A stretch of DNA of 64,000 nt from Nitrosomonas sp. (GCA_020890945.1 JAJHPK010000038.1:9898-73897); one strand, 5' to 3'. Shown: positions 41,717-53,258, counted from the first letter of the stretch. Numbers and translations: made by a program. The notes: generated from the sequence alone by a model not told the origin.

Positions 41717-42994
41717 ATGCCAGACAAAGCTAACGGTGAAAAACTTCTATATTGTTCATTTTGTGGCAAGAGTCAGCATGAAGTAAGGAAACTTATTGCT
41801 GGTCCTTCGGTGTTTATCTGTGACGAATGTATCGATTTATGTAACGATATTATTCGAGAAGAAATACAAAATGACGAAACCTCTAAATTAGTTAAAACTA
41901 ATTTACCGGTACCTCGAGAAATTTCTCAAATCCTAGATCAATATGTCATTGGGCAGGAATCGGCCAAAAAAATCCTTTCTGTAGCGGTTTACAATCATTA
42001 TAAACGCCTCAGAAATACTGTTGACCTCAGCAAGAACGATGAAGTAGAACTTTCGAAAAGTAATATTCTGCTCGTAGGTCCGACTGGATCTGGAAAAACA
42101 CTGTTAGCACAAACGCTAGCACGATTACTCGATGTGCCTTTCATTATGGCTGACGCGACGGCATTAACTGAGGCGGGATACGTTGGTGAAGATGTCGAAA
42201 ACATCATTCAAAAACTACTACAAAAATGTAACTACGACGCAGAAAAAGCGCAAACAGGTATTGTTTATATTGATGAAATCGACAAAATTTCACGTAAATC
42301 AGACAATCCTTCGATTACAAGAGATGTTTCCGGTGAAGGTGTGCAACAAGCGTTATTAAAACTGATTGAAGGCACCATTGCGATGGTTCCACCGCAAGGA
42401 GGAAGGAAACATCCTAATCAAGAATTTATTCAAGTCGATACAACTAATATTTTATTTATATGCGGCGGCGCCTTTGATGGATTGGATAAAGTAATTCGAT
42501 CGCGTACTGAGAAAAGCGGCATTGGATTTGGCGTCAATGTTAAAAGTCAAAGTGGCGAAGACATTAATAAAGCTTTAGCACAAGTTGAACCCGAGGATTT
42601 GGTTAAATTTGGATTGATTCCAGAGTTTGTTGGGCGGCTACCTGTCGTTGCAACACTCGAAGAATTAAATGAAGAAGCATTGATTCAGATTCTTACTGAA
42701 CCCAAAAATGCACTGATTAAACAATATCGAAAAATGTTCAACATGGAAGGCAATGTCGAATTAGAGTTTCGTGAAGCCGCTTTGAAAACTATTGCGAAAA
42801 AAGCGCTGACGCGAAAAACCGGTGCTCGCGGATTGCGTTCCATCCTCGAAGAAATATTATTGGACATCATGTATGACCTTCCTTCATTAGAAAATGTATC
42901 CAAAGTCGTTATTGATTACAACACAACTAATAATGATATCAAACCGATACTTATCTATTCAGATCAACCCAAAGTAGCTAAGCGATCGAAATAG
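41717..42994 (+). CDS. clpX: ATP-dependent Clp protease ATP-binding subunit ClpX
   Basis: N-terminal zinc finger CSFCGK...CDECI, Walker A GPTGSGKT, the GYVGED pore loop and Walker [10 protein letters not shown]. Confidence 0.98.
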   Translation: MPDKANGEKLLYCSFCGKSQHEVRKLIAGPSVFICDECIDLCNDIIREEIQNDETSKLVKTNLPVPREISQILDQYVIGQESAKKILSVAVYNHYKRLRNTVDLSKNDEVELSKSNILLVGPTGSGKTLLAQTLARLLDVPFIMADATALTEAGYVGEDVENIIQKLLQKCNYDAEKAQTGIVYIDEIDKISRKSDNPSITRDVSGEGVQQALLKLIEGTIAMVPPQGGRKHPNQEFIQVDTTNILFICGGAFDGLDKVIRSRTEKSGIGFGVNVKSQSGEDINKALAQVEPEDLVKFGLIPEFVGRLPVVATLEELNEEALIQILTEPKNALIKQYRKMFNMEGNVELEFREAALKTIAKKALTRKTGARGLRSILEEILLDIMYDLPSLENVSKVVIDYNTTNNDIKPILIYSDQPKVAKRSK

Positions 42995-43170
42995 CCTTCT
43001 TATTCAGTTATCATAGTCTGACGAATTAGTATAAAAACTATAAAAGTCTAATCTAATGAATTTTGGAAAGTTTGTTACAAATAAAACTTTCACTCTTGAA
43101 TTTATTGTTAGTGAACATATCTAACCATTAAATTTGAATTAACCCATTACTTAACAAACAAACCAACATC

Positions 43171-45579
43171 ATGACTTCTGTGGATGATAACTCTGAACAA
43201 CTAGTGCTGCCCCTTCTACCATTACGCGATGTGGTTGTTTTTCCGCACATGGTGATCCCATTATTCGTCGGTAGGGAGAAATCCATTAAAGCACTTGAAT
43301 ATGCGATGGAATCTAATAAAAACATTTTATTAGTTGCGCAAAAAATTGCTTCCACTGACGATCCCAAGCCAGAGGATCTCTATCATATCTGCAGCGTAGC
43401 GAGCCTGTTACAAATGCTTAAGCTTCCTGACGGAACAGTAAAGGTGTTAGTGGAAGGAAATTATCGGGCAGAAATACTAGAAGTGATTGACTCAGAGAAT
43501 TATTTCTCAGCCAATATTAAAAAAATCACATCCGAAGAGAGTAATAATGCCGAAGCAGAAGCTATGAGGCGCACGATTGTCAATCAATTTGATCAATATG
43601 TGAAACTGAACAAAAAAATCCCATCTGAGATTATTACATCGCTGAATGGAATTGAAGATGCAGGTCGCTTAGCAGATACCATTGCCGCCTATTTGCCATT
43701 AAAACTTGAACAGAAACAAGAAATTCTGGAAATTTTTGACGTTTCTAAACGCTTAGAACACTTGCTCGGTTTATTAGAAGCAGAATTAGACATTCTACAA
43801 GTTGAAAAACGTATTCGCGGTCGAGTAAAGCGCCAAATGGAAAAAAGTCAACGCGATTATTATCTCAATGAGCAGGTTAAGGCTATTCAGAAAGAATTAG
43901 GCGAAGGTGAGGATGGTGCTGATTTAGAGGAAATAGAAAAGAAAATCAGACTCGCAAAAATGCCTAAAGAGGCTTATACAAAGGCTGAATCAGAATTAAA
44001 AAAACTTCGCTTGATGTCGCCTATGTCTGCGGAAGCAACCGTAGTGCGCAATTATATTGATGCATTAGTGGCTTTACCTTGGAAGAAAAAAAGTAAAGTT
44101 AATGCTAACTTGAAAGCGGCCGAAGCAGAGCTAGACAAAGATCATTATGGATTGGAAAAAATCAAAGAACGAATTGTTGAATATTTAGCCGTCCAACAGC
44201 GCGTCAATAAACTTAAAGCGCCTATTTTATGTCTTGTAGGACCTCCAGGAGTAGGCAAAACTTCGTTGGGTCAATCTATTGCACGTGCCACTAACAGAGA
44301 ATTCGTGCGGATGTCACTGGGCGGTGTCCGTGATGAAGCTGAAATTCGTGGCCACCGCAAAACTTATATTGGCTCGATGCCTGGTAAGATTTTGCACAAC
44401 ATGACCAAAGTTGGCGTAAAAAACCCATTATTTTTGTTGGACGAAGTTGACAAAATGGGAATGGATTTCCGAGGAGATCCTGCTTCAGCTTTGCTTGAAG
44501 TACTTGATCCAGAACAGAATAACACCTTTGTTGATCATTATATTGAAGTAGAATACGATTTATCAGATGTCATGTTCGTTGCGACAGCAAACACATTAAA
44601 TATACCACCTGCCCTGCTGGATCGAATGGAAGTCATTCAACTCTCGGGTTATACAGAAGAAGAAAAACTCAACATCGCAAAACGGTATTTACTTACCAAG
44701 CAAATGCAAAACCATGGTTTAAAAGAATCGGAATTGTCAGTTTCTGAAAATGCTCTGCGTGATATTGCTCGTTACTATACGAGAGAAGCAGGTGTGCGTT
44801 CAATGGAACGTGAAATTTCCAAAATTTGCCGTAAATCAGTAAAAACTTTGCTAACGCAAAAAAATAAAACCAAATTAATCGTAACTTCACGCAATCTTGA
44901 TAAGTTTTTAGGCGTTAGACGTTACAGCTACGGTATTGCTGAAGAAAAAAATCATGTTGGTCAAGTAACAGGATTAGCTTGGACCGAAGTAGGTGGAGAG
45001 CTTTTAACCATCGAAACAGTAGCAATGCCTGGAAAAGGAAAAATGATCACTACAGGAAAACTAGGTGAAGTAATGCAGGAATCGATTCAAGCAGCGCTTT
45101 CCGTAGTGAGAAATCGCTCGCATTTACTTGGTATTGCCGAAGATTTTTACCAAAAAAATGATATTCATATTCACTTACCTGAAGGTGCAACTCCTAAAGA
45201 CGGACCAAGTGCCGGGATTGGTATTTGTGTCGCAATCGTATCAACACTTACAAATATAGCGGTTAGAGCTGATGTCGCAATGACCGGTGAAATCACTTTA
45301 CGTGGAGAAGTGTTGCCTATTGGTGGTTTAAAAGAAAAGTTGCTAGCAGCGCATCGGGGAGGGATCAAAACGGTGATTATCCCTGAAAAAAATGTTAAAG
45401 ATTTAGCGGAAATTCCAGCAAATATTAAAGAAAAACTGAATATTCATTCCGTGAAATGGATCGATCAGGTGCTTGATATTGCTTTGGAACACAAACCGGA
45501 AATATCTTTTCCAATCGCACAACCTGCTTTGAAATCAAAGGAAGAAAATTTAACAGAATCTCCGCTCATAAAACATTAG
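43171..45579 (+). CDS. lon: Lon protease (LonA)
   Basis: LON N-domain (LPLLPLRDVVVFPHMV.PLFVGR), Walker A GPPGVGKTS, and the protease Ser-Lys dyad (PKDGPSAG, K...A). Confidence 0.98.
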   Translation: MTSVDDNSEQLVLPLLPLRDVVVFPHMVIPLFVGREKSIKALEYAMESNKNILLVAQKIASTDDPKPEDLYHICSVASLLQMLKLPDGTVKVLVEGNYRAEILEVIDSENYFSANIKKITSEESNNAEAEAMRRTIVNQFDQYVKLNKKIPSEIITSLNGIEDAGRLADTIAAYLPLKLEQKQEILEIFDVSKRLEHLLGLLEAELDILQVEKRIRGRVKRQMEKSQRDYYLNEQVKAIQKELGEGEDGADLEEIEKKIRLAKMPKEAYTKAESELKKLRLMSPMSAEATVVRNYIDALVALPWKKKSKVNANLKAAEAELDKDHYGLEKIKERIVEYLAVQQRVNKLKAPILCLVGPPGVGKTSLGQSIARATNREFVRMSLGGVRDEAEIRGHRKTYIGSMPGKILHNMTKVGVKNPLFLLDEVDKMGMDFRGDPASALLEVLDPEQNNTFVDHYIEVEYDLSDVMFVATANTLNIPPALLDRMEVIQLSGYTEEEKLNIAKRYLLTKQMQNHGLKESELSVSENALRDIARYYTREAGVRSMEREISKICRKSVKTLLTQKNKTKLIVTSRNLDKFLGVRRYSYGIAEEKNHVGQVTGLAWTEVGGELLTIETVAMPGKGKMITTGKLGEVMQESIQAALSVVRNRSHLLGIAEDFYQKNDIHIHLPEGATPKDGPSAGIGICVAIVSTLTNIAVRADVAMTGEITLRGEVLPIGGLKEKLLAAHRGGIKTVIIPEKNVKDLAEIPANIKEKLNIHSVKWIDQVLDIALEHKPEISFPIAQPALKSKEENLTESPLIKH

Positions 45580-45605
45580 GTTAAGCGATCCAGTAAGCTA
45601 AATTA

Positions 45606-45640
45606 AAAACGCGTATCTTAGAAACTAAAATACGCGTTTT
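45606..45640. terminator. Bidirectional terminator between lon and the PII-like gene
   Basis: AAAACGCGTAT-cttagaaactaaa-ATACGCGTTTT between the convergent stops at 45579 and 45648. Confidence 0.7.
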
Positions 45641-45647
45641 CAAAGAA

Positions 45648-45965
45648 TTAATAAGAAACTGCTGGTCCTTCCACCCATAAACAATCAGAAATCAAGCACA
45701 TCCCTCCTAAACGTTTCATAACTGGTCTTAATTGACCCACTACGATTTGTGCTTGATCATCTTTACACGCAAGCACAACGACAACATTTTCCTGCTCCAT
45801 AAGTACATCATGCGGATTCCTGGCTCCACGAGAACCGTATCCGCCAGCGTTTTTGATTACCGTATACCCTTTAACACCGCTTTTTCCTAACAATGTCATT
45901 AATTCTTCAAGTTGCTCTATGCCAATTACAATCTCGAGACGCTTCATTGGAATTGTGTTATCCAT
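45648..45965 (-). CDS. PII-like signal-transduction protein (SbtB-like)
   Basis: 105 aa with the PII ferredoxin-like pattern K.LEIVIG.EQLEEL...L...GV.GYTV....GGYG.RG (T-loop) ...VVVVLAC.D..A..IV. It lies directly downstream of an SbtA-family permease. Confidence 0.78.
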   Translation of the reverse strand: MDNTIPMKRLEIVIGIEQLEELMTLLGKSGVKGYTVIKNAGGYGSRGARNPHDVLMEQENVVVVLACKDDQAQIVVGQLRPVMKRLGGMCLISDCLWVEGPAVSY

Positions 45966-46055
45966 GGTATTTCCTTTCTAAGTTTGTTAAATAGTTTGTT
46001 GTTGAATTCGTTGATAATTTGAAATACTGCCCCTTAGTATAACCCTATTGCACTG

Positions 46056-47012
46056 TCAATATTGGATACTATGGAACCATTCAGCCATTTGCCAATAAAT
46101 AGGCACGCCAACAAAAATATTAAATGGGAAAGTCACACCTAGCGAAGCACCAATAGATATAGCTGGATCCGCATCTGGTACAGCGATACGCATTGCGGCA
46201 GGCGCTGCGATATATGAACAACTTGCATATAAAACGGCCAACAACATTGTGCCACCAGGCGACAAACCAAACAACCATCCTAGGTAAGCACCAAAAAAAC
46301 CAGCCGTCAGTGGGAAAAGAATGCCGAAAGTTACAATAAATACACCTTTTTGCATCACCGCTTTTAAACGAGAAGCTGCTAACAATCCCATTTCTAACAA
46401 GAAGAAAGCCAATACACCCATGAATAAATCCATGAACATTTTATCGAGTGGCTCAACTAATTTTTTAGTTCCTGCATAATAACCTATGATCACACCCACA
46501 ACTAATAAGTATAGGCTGGTACCGGTTAAAATTTCATGCATTAATTTACCCCATTGGGTTTTTTCACCACTAGCCCCTGCGCGAGCAAGAATGGTACCTG
46601 TTACTAACGCGGGAATTTCCATCAATGCCATGATCAACACCATATAGCCTTCTGATGTTTCCCCTTTCGCTTGCAAGAATGCCACGCCCACCGCAAAAGT
46701 TACCGCACTGACCGAACCATAGTGTGCTGAAATCGCACCCGCATCGGCTTGAGTAAATTTACCGACAAATCTCAAAATCGGATAAGCCGTCAAAGGAATC
46801 AAAGCTGCCAAAACAACCATAGAAAGTGCAATCGGTAATACTTCCATGATTTCATATTTCGCCATTGAAACGCCCCCCTTGAAACCAATGGCGATCAGTA
46901 AAAACAAGCTTAAACTTTTATATAAAGCTTCTGGAATTTTAAGGTCAGATTTGATTACACCCGCCAAAACTCCAGCAACAAAGAATAATACAACTGGTTG
47001 CAAAGTTGCCAT
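46056..47012 (-). CDS. Sodium-dependent bicarbonate-transporter-family permease (SbtA/DUF897-like)
   Basis: 318 aa and about 10 TM helices. The N-terminus P.VLFF..G.LAG.IKSDL.IP.....SLSL.LL.AIGFKGG is characteristic of the Sbt_1 family, and the gene is paired with a PII-like gene. Confidence 0.7.
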   Translation of the reverse strand: MATLQPVVLFFVAGVLAGVIKSDLKIPEALYKSLSLFLLIAIGFKGGVSMAKYEIMEVLPIALSMVVLAALIPLTAYPILRFVGKFTQADAGAISAHYGSVSAVTFAVGVAFLQAKGETSEGYMVLIMALMEIPALVTGTILARAGASGEKTQWGKLMHEILTGTSLYLLVVGVIIGYYAGTKKLVEPLDKMFMDLFMGVLAFFLLEMGLLAASRLKAVMQKGVFIVTFGILFPLTAGFFGAYLGWLFGLSPGGTMLLAVLYASCSYIAAPAAMRIAVPDADPAISIGASLGVTFPFNIFVGVPIYWQMAEWFHSIQY

Positions 47013-47255
47013 GCAAAACTCCCTATTTATTTTGATTATTTAAATCTATTTTTTGTAAAGATACACCACAATATTTTTACAATGCCCTTTAAGATTCCGT
47101 ACATTTTGAATTCAAGATTCTTGTTATGAATTTATTAAGCGATAAATAAATGACAAGTTATCTTGTTTTTTATTACTGAACCTTAAGGCTGAAAACGTTA
47201 ACACAAGAAATGTGAAGAAAGCGTGAAGGTAAACAAACCTTTACGAAAGATTGCA

Positions 47256-48530
47256 TTAGCTCAGATGAATATAAAAGGTAGTGCCTTTTCCAGGCATGCT
47301 ATCGACTTCAATACGCCAATGATAATGATCGCAAATTCGTTTAACAATGGCCAAACCGATTCCTAACCCTTCACCTTCTGAGGATCCACGGAAGAATCGT
47401 TCATATAACATAGGCAGATAGGCTGGCTCAATGCCAATGCCAGAATCAGAAACAGAGAGTACTTGATCAGTAAAATCCACGCAAATCGAACCGCTATTGG
47501 TATATTGAACTGCGTTCCGCAATAAATTCATCAGCACTGTATACAATGCCTGACGGTTTACTTTGGCAGTCACTGATTTTGGAATATTGACTTCGAATTC
47601 GAGATTCTTGCGCGACATCTCTATACAGATTGGATCCACCGCGTCATAAACACATTCGGCTACTGCGACTGTTTCCACTTCACCCAGCGATTGTTCGCGC
47701 GCTAAAAAAAGTAATGCTTGTAATTGCTCACCCATACGAGTTGCAGCGGATTCAATCATTTTGATTCGGGAACGTAAGCGTTCTGATAAATTATCATCCG
47801 TTAACATCAATTCGCAACTGGTTAAAATGGTGGTGATTGGTGTTCTCAATTCGTGACTGATATTAGCGGTAAACTCATGCTCGCGCAGCAACATACGCTT
47901 GATACGTGCTTGATAATCATCCAATGCATGGGCGAGTTGAGCCACCTCTGCATCCATTTCAGGCTGCGTTAACAACTCAGTACCAACATCGCCGGGCGCC
48001 AGCAAATTGACTCGCTCTGCCAAATTAGTGACTTGCTGAACTAAAACCTTCGCCAGTAAATATCCAACAAAAAATGAAATTGCAATTACTACGATCCAAG
48101 ACAACAAGATTGATAATCTTAATTTTCGGAGCCGTTGTGTATGCAATTCGATACGATAGGCAACGAGAAATTTAACCTCATCAATAATCCGTACAAAAAC
48201 ATATAAATCTTCTGTATCGTATAGAATTCGATGTAATCCCGGACCGAGACCGCGCAAATAAGCGGGGATCTGCAATTCGTCATCCATGTTGCGAATAACA
48301 AAGCTTCTCAGGTGTAAACCAGCCTGAGAATTGAAATCGGAGTGTTTTTGATACCGTCGAACTAAGTGATCCATTTCCATCTCAATCACTTGCTTGATAT
48401 GCGCTTCTTCAATATTGTCCGATAGAAAATATAGAATGATACAAAGCGTTCCAACAATAAAAATACTAAAAGCCGCCAGCGCTACGGCGACGCGATAACG
48501 AAGACTTTGTTTATTCTCGTAGCTGTGCAC
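47256..48530 (-). CDS. Sensor histidine kinase (2 TM, periplasmic loop, HAMP, HisKA, HATPase_c)
   Basis: H-box FTANISHELRTPIT, N-box LLRNAVQYT, and G-boxes SDSGIGI and GLGIGLAIV. Confidence 0.88.
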   Translation of the reverse strand: MHSYENKQSLRYRVAVALAAFSIFIVGTLCIILYFLSDNIEEAHIKQVIEMEMDHLVRRYQKHSDFNSQAGLHLRSFVIRNMDDELQIPAYLRGLGPGLHRILYDTEDLYVFVRIIDEVKFLVAYRIELHTQRLRKLRLSILLSWIVVIAISFFVGYLLAKVLVQQVTNLAERVNLLAPGDVGTELLTQPEMDAEVAQLAHALDDYQARIKRMLLREHEFTANISHELRTPITTILTSCELMLTDDNLSERLRSRIKMIESAATRMGEQLQALLFLAREQSLGEVETVAVAECVYDAVDPICIEMSRKNLEFEVNIPKSVTAKVNRQALYTVLMNLLRNAVQYTNSGSICVDFTDQVLSVSDSGIGIEPAYLPMLYERFFRGSSEGEGLGIGLAIVKRICDHYHWRIEVDSMPGKGTTFYIHLS

Positions 48531-49200
48531 GCGAAGTTAAGCAATATCCTAAGCCATGGACTGTTTCGATTGGATCATACCCGCCAGCCTTCACGAGTGC
48601 TCGTCGTAAAATATGCATATGACTGCGTAAAGTATCGCTGGTCTCTTGCACTTCCTCCCAAGCTTCTTGCTCCAATTCTTCTCGACTAAATACCCTGCCT
48701 GGCTCGCTCATCATAAGCGCCAATAAACGTATACACTTTGGGGGAAGTTTCACATTCTGATTTTCAAATCGAATAGAAAGTGTTTTCGGATCAAAAGAAA
48801 GCTCACCGGCTTCTAATGTGCGATTAGAAACTTTACCGGAGTAGCGTTTATGCATGGCAAGCAACCGCGCCTCGACTTCTTTTAAGGCAAATGGTTTGAC
48901 CATGTAGTCATCCGCGCCCTGCTCAAAACCAATCAGTTTATCTTCCAAAGTATCGCGTGCTGTCAACATCAAAATAGGCGTATCGATTTGAGATTCCTGG
49001 CGCAATTTTCGGCACAGAGTTATTCCGTTCATTCCCGGCAATCCCAAATCAAGCAAAATAGCGTCAAACCGCTGTGTTACCGCCAAATGCAACCCTGCCA
49101 TACCGTTAGCCGCCGCATCAACACTATGACCGCGCGACTCAAGAAAATCGTATAGATTTGCTGCGATAGCCAAATCATCTTCAATAATCAAAATATGCAT
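48511..49200 (-). CDS. OmpR/PhoB-family response regulator
   Basis: Receiver MHILIIEDD...ILLDLGLPGM...K plus a winged-helix trans_reg_C domain (LS..E...L..L......V.SRE.L........TLRSHM..LR.KA......IETV.G.GY). Confidence 0.92.
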   Translation of the reverse strand: MHILIIEDDLAIAANLYDFLESRGHSVDAAANGMAGLHLAVTQRFDAILLDLGLPGMNGITLCRKLRQESQIDTPILMLTARDTLEDKLIGFEQGADDYMVKPFALKEVEARLLAMHKRYSGKVSNRTLEAGELSFDPKTLSIRFENQNVKLPPKCIRLLALMMSEPGRVFSREELEQEAWEEVQETSDTLRSHMHILRRALVKAGGYDPIETVHGLGYCLTSRAQLRE

Positions 49201-49205
49201 ACTAG

Positions 49206-50288
49206 TTAACTAACTTTATCTCCCATATCATGAAATTTGCGGCTTCGCGTATGAACAGCATCAACTAATGCCGCGGCATTCTCAGGTGAAGTAAATTGCG
49301 AAATTCCGTGACCGAGATTGAATACATGGCCACTACCCTCACCATAACTGGCCAGGATTTTTTCCACTTCTCGCGAAATAACCTCTGGGTTTGAAAATAA
49401 TATTGATGGATCTAAGTTACCTTGTAATGCAACTTTATTTCCCACACGCTTACGCGCAGCACCAATATCAATGGTCCAATCCAAACCAACGGCGTCACAT
49501 CCAATGGCAGCAATGGCTTCGAGCCACAACCCACCGCCCTTGGTAAAAACGATACTCGGAATGCGCAAGCCGTCTTTCTCACGTTTTAAGCCAGCCACGA
49601 TATGCTGCATATAACGCAATGAAAACTCTTGATACGCAGAATGTGACAGCGCACCGCCCCAGGTATCGAAAATCATTACTGCTTGCGCACCTGAATCGAT
49701 TTGCGCATTCAAATAGGCTGTCACGGCTTTTGCGTTCACTTCCAGAATATGATGCAGCAATTCTGGGCGCTCGTACAACATGGTTTTGATCTCTCGAAAT
49801 TCGGTTCCGCCGCGCCCTTCCACCATATAGCACGCCAACGTAAATGGGCTACCCGAAAAACCAATCAATGGCACTCGGTTGTTCAAAGCCTTACGAATTT
49901 CAGATACCGCATCCATGACATACCGCAGTTGTTTTTCAGGCTCCGGAACGCTCAATGCTCGAATATCTTGCTCAGTTCTCAGAGGCCGTTCAAACATGGG
50001 GCCTTCGCCTTGTGCGAAATATAATCCCAATCCCATCGCATCGGGAATCGTCAAAATATCAGAAAAAAGTATTGCCGCATCCAGCGGGAAACGCTCCAAA
50101 GGTTGTAAAGTCACTTCGGTTGCCAAAGCGGGATTTTTGCATAGCGAGAGAAAATCACCCGCCCGTGCGCGCGTTTCATTATATTCCGGGAGATAACGAC
50201 CCGCCTGACGCATCATCCAAATGGGGGTATATTCAACCGGTTGCTTCAATAATGCGCGCAGAAAAGTATCATTCTTCAATGTTGTCAT
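49206..50288 (-). CDS. hemE: Uroporphyrinogen decarboxylase
   Basis: [30 protein letters not shown] and the rest are collinear with HemE. Start set to the internal ATG (24th codon of the ORF-track call). Confidence 0.95.
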   Translation of the reverse strand: MTTLKNDTFLRALLKQPVEYTPIWMMRQAGRYLPEYNETRARAGDFLSLCKNPALATEVTLQPLERFPLDAAILFSDILTIPDAMGLGLYFAQGEGPMFERPLRTEQDIRALSVPEPEKQLRYVMDAVSEIRKALNNRVPLIGFSGSPFTLACYMVEGRGGTEFREIKTMLYERPELLHHILEVNAKAVTAYLNAQIDSGAQAVMIFDTWGGALSHSAYQEFSLRYMQHIVAGLKREKDGLRIPSIVFTKGGGLWLEAIAAIGCDAVGLDWTIDIGAARKRVGNKVALQGNLDPSILFSNPEVISREVEKILASYGEGSGHVFNLGHGISQFTSPENAAALVDAVHTRSRKFHDMGDKVS

Positions 50289-50440
50289 TAAAAAACCTAT
50301 AAAAAACTGCAACAGCGTGTTTTTCCAAAAAGGTCGACAACACTTTGCTAAATCCACATTTTAACAGCGAACCCTCGCTTCGTGTATTACCATTTATTAC
50401 AGTCTGGTTCATGGCATTATCACTGATCGCGATTAAATTC

Positions 50441-51562
50441 TTAATTTTCTGCGATCGTAAACAGACGCTGGTATTCTTTGATCGCATATCGATCAGTCAT
50501 ACCCGCAATATAATCCGCAATTGCTTGATGCCCTTCCCGTTTAAATTTTTCCTGATATTTGATCGGAAGCATTCTGATCTCATTGCTAAATGCGTCGAAT
50601 AATTTCTCGATGGTATGCTGCGCCCGCTTATTCATACGTACCACTAAATAATGTCGATATAAATGGTTAAAGAGGAATTTTTTCAATTCTTGCTGTTCTC
50701 TTTTTACGATTTGGCTAAAATCAATCAGCGGTGATGCTGAATGTACATCAGCAAGGGAAACAATACCTGCTGATTGAATATTTTGGCGGCTTTGCTGGAT
50801 TAGGTCATTGACTAAGGTATTAATAATACCCCGCACTGTTTCATAAACGACGCGACGCTCTGTTAAATGGGGATATCGGTCTTTAACTTGCTTGAAGTGA
50901 CGAGAAAAAATGGTGACTTCTTTTAATTGATCCAGTGTAATCAATCCGGAACGCAGTCCGTCATCGACATCGTGATTGTTATAGGCTATTTCATCCGCAA
51001 AATTAGCCAATTGCGCTTCCAAAGACGGTCTTTTATCTTGTAAAAACCGCTCGCCAAGCTCCCCTAACTTCTGCGCGTTCTTCTTGGATACATGCTTAAG
51101 GATACCTTCGCGTGTTTCATAACATAGATTTAAACCATCAAAAGTTGCATATCTTTCTTCCAGTACATCGACAACTCTCAACGACTGTAAATTATGCTCA
51201 AACCCACCATGCTCACGCATGCAATCATTCAACGCATCTTGTCCAGCGTGTCCGAACGGCGTATGGCCGAGATCATGGGCCAGTGTAATGGCCTCAACTA
51301 AATCTTCATTCAAACCGAGGTTACGTGCAATCGAACGCCCAATTTGAGCCACTTCAAGGCTATGCGTCAGCCGAGTGCGAAATAAATCCCCTTCATGATT
51401 GACAAAAACTTGTGTTTTATACTCCAATCGACGAAAAGCTGCAGAATGAATGATGCGATCACGATCTCTTTGAAACTCGCTACGACCATCGGGAGCAGAT
51501 TCCTGGATAACCCGCCCTCTCGAATTGTTGGTCGATACGGCATAAGTGGCCAAACTATTCAT
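50441..51562 (-). CDS. dgt: dGTP triphosphohydrolase-like HD-domain protein
   Basis: [21 protein letters not shown]......[14 protein letters not shown], and HDLGH.PFGH. It overlaps the aroKB stop by 8 nt (ATGAATAG). Confidence 0.9.
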   Translation of the reverse strand: MNSLATYAVSTNNSRGRVIQESAPDGRSEFQRDRDRIIHSAAFRRLEYKTQVFVNHEGDLFRTRLTHSLEVAQIGRSIARNLGLNEDLVEAITLAHDLGHTPFGHAGQDALNDCMREHGGFEHNLQSLRVVDVLEERYATFDGLNLCYETREGILKHVSKKNAQKLGELGERFLQDKRPSLEAQLANFADEIAYNNHDVDDGLRSGLITLDQLKEVTIFSRHFKQVKDRYPHLTERRVVYETVRGIINTLVNDLIQQSRQNIQSAGIVSLADVHSASPLIDFSQIVKREQQELKKFLFNHLYRHYLVVRMNKRAQHTIEKLFDAFSNEIRMLPIKYQEKFKREGHQAIADYIAGMTDRYAIKEYQRLFTIAEN

Positions 51563-53258
51563 GCATACTCGCTAACAGGGTTTCCTTTAAAATTTCTGAT
51601 GGAATATCAGCGCGCATTACGGCTTCGCCGATTTTATCCAATAAAATAAAGCGCGTTTTTCCCGCTTCCACTTTTTTATCAAGCAACATTAATTCAAGAT
51701 ACCTCTCTGGTTTCATCTTTGGTGCGACTACTGGCAAGTTTGCTTGTAAAAAAAGCGCACGAATTCGTTCCACATCGGCGTCATTAATTAATTTCATGCG
51801 CAAAGACAATTCTGCCGCCATCACAATACCAGCGGCAACCGCTTCTCCATGCAACCAAACACCATAACCCATGCCATTTTCAATCGCATGTCCAAAAGTA
51901 TGCCCCAAATTCAACAAAGCCCGTACACCCTTTTCTTTTTCATCAGCAGCAACTATTTCTGCTTTATTTTCACAACTGCGTTGAATAGCCTGATTTAAGA
52001 CTTCTGGGTCACGCGCAATCAAGCGGTGCATATTACGTTCCAACCAGTCAAAAAACTCAGGATCGCGAATCAAGCCGTATTTAATGACTTCTGCAAGCCC
52101 CGCATACAATTCTCGGTCGGGTAACGTATTCAATGTTGCGCTATCGGCCAGAACCAGACGTGGCTGATAAAAAGCACCAATCATATTTTTACCCAAAGGA
52201 TGATTAATTCCGGTTTTGCCACCTACGGAAGAATCCACCTGAGCCAACAAAGAAGTCGGTATTTGAATAAACGGCACGCCACGAAGATAAGTAGCAGCCG
52301 CGAAGCCAGTCAAATCACCAATCACTCCACCACCAAGCGCGATGATCGTAGTATTACGCTCACAATGATTTTTGAGTAGTGCATCAAAAATTAGATTTAA
52401 TGTTTGCCAGTTTTTATGTGCCTCTCCATCTGGCAAAATGATTGGAATAACTTTGACATTTTTTTCTTCTAATTGCTGAGCAAATTCTTTTAAATAAAGC
52501 GGTGCTACCGTTTCATTCGTTACAATGGCCACACGCTTTTGCGGAATATGTGGCAACACCAAATCGATCTGTTTAAGTATTCCGTGCCCAATATGAATAG
52601 GGTAATGACGCTTTTCTGATACGGTGGCAAGGTCGACTGTTATGGTCTGCATGGTAGGTCCGCTATGACAGTTGGGTAAAAATTCTAAATCTGTTGTGGT
52701 TAATTTACGAATCAATTTTTGTATTAGAAAACGTACTCCTTGTTTACCGCTATCAATAATCAGATGCGCCGTTTCTCGATAATAAGCATCACGCTGTAAA
52801 TGTAATTCATTCAAGCGCTCAAGGAGATTTTTAGTCTGCAACAAGGGTCTGTTTTTATCATGTCGCGTTCGCCGATAGAGATCATTAACGGACGAACGTA
52901 AATAAATCACTATGCCATTTTGCCTCAATGCATCACGATTTTCTTGACTGAGTACCGCTCCGCCCCCAGTGGCCAAGACAATATTGCGCTTTTGCACCAA
53001 ATCCAAAATAACTTCAGACTCCCGTTTTCGAAACCCAGCTTCACCTTCAATTTCAAATATAACCGGTATTTTTACTCCGGTACGATCTTGAATTTCATGG
53101 TCTGAATCCACAAAGTCTTTGTCGAGCAAAGCTGACAGCGCCTTACCGATGGTCGTTTTTCCAGCACCCATCATACCCACCAGTATGATATTGACGCCCT
53201 GCAATTTATCTTGTGCCAATGATGATATTTCTTTTTTATAAGATTTATTGAGATCCAT
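51555..53258 (-). CDS. aroKB: Bifunctional shikimate kinase / 3-dehydroquinate synthase (AroK-AroB fusion)
   Basis: The N-terminal ~185 aa are AroK ([25 protein letters not shown]). The rest is AroB ([29 protein letters not shown]). One uninterrupted 567-codon frame has no stop between the two parts. Confidence 0.9.
   Translation of the reverse strand: MDLNKSYKKEISSLAQDKLQGVNIILVGMMGAGKTTIGKALSALLDKDFVDSDHEIQDRTGVKIPVIFEIEGEAGFRKRESEVILDLVQKRNIVLATGGGAVLSQENRDALRQNGIVIYLRSSVNDLYRRTRHDKNRPLLQTKNLLERLNELHLQRDAYYRETAHLIIDSGKQGVRFLIQKLIRKLTTTDLEFLPNCHSGPTMQTITVDLATVSEKRHYPIHIGHGILKQIDLVLPHIPQKRVAIVTNETVAPLYLKEFAQQLEEKNVKVIPIILPDGEAHKNWQTLNLIFDALLKNHCERNTTIIALGGGVIGDLTGFAAATYLRGVPFIQIPTSLLAQVDSSVGGKTGINHPLGKNMIGAFYQPRLVLADSATLNTLPDRELYAGLAEVIKYGLIRDPEFFDWLERNMHRLIARDPEVLNQAIQRSCENKAEIVAADEKEKGVRALLNLGHTFGHAIENGMGYGVWLHGEAVAAGIVMAAELSLRMKLINDADVERIRALFLQANLPVVAPKMKPERYLELMLLDKKVEAGKTRFILLDKIGEAVMRADIPSEILKETLLASMHE

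Noticed and set aside
50441-51562. The dGTPase-like gene as a possible anti-phage dNTP-depletion defence gene.
   Set aside because: It overlaps the essential aroKB gene by 8 nt in what looks like a conserved housekeeping operon. There are no mobile or defence-island hallmarks nearby, so it is most simply the housekeeping Dgt-like paralog.
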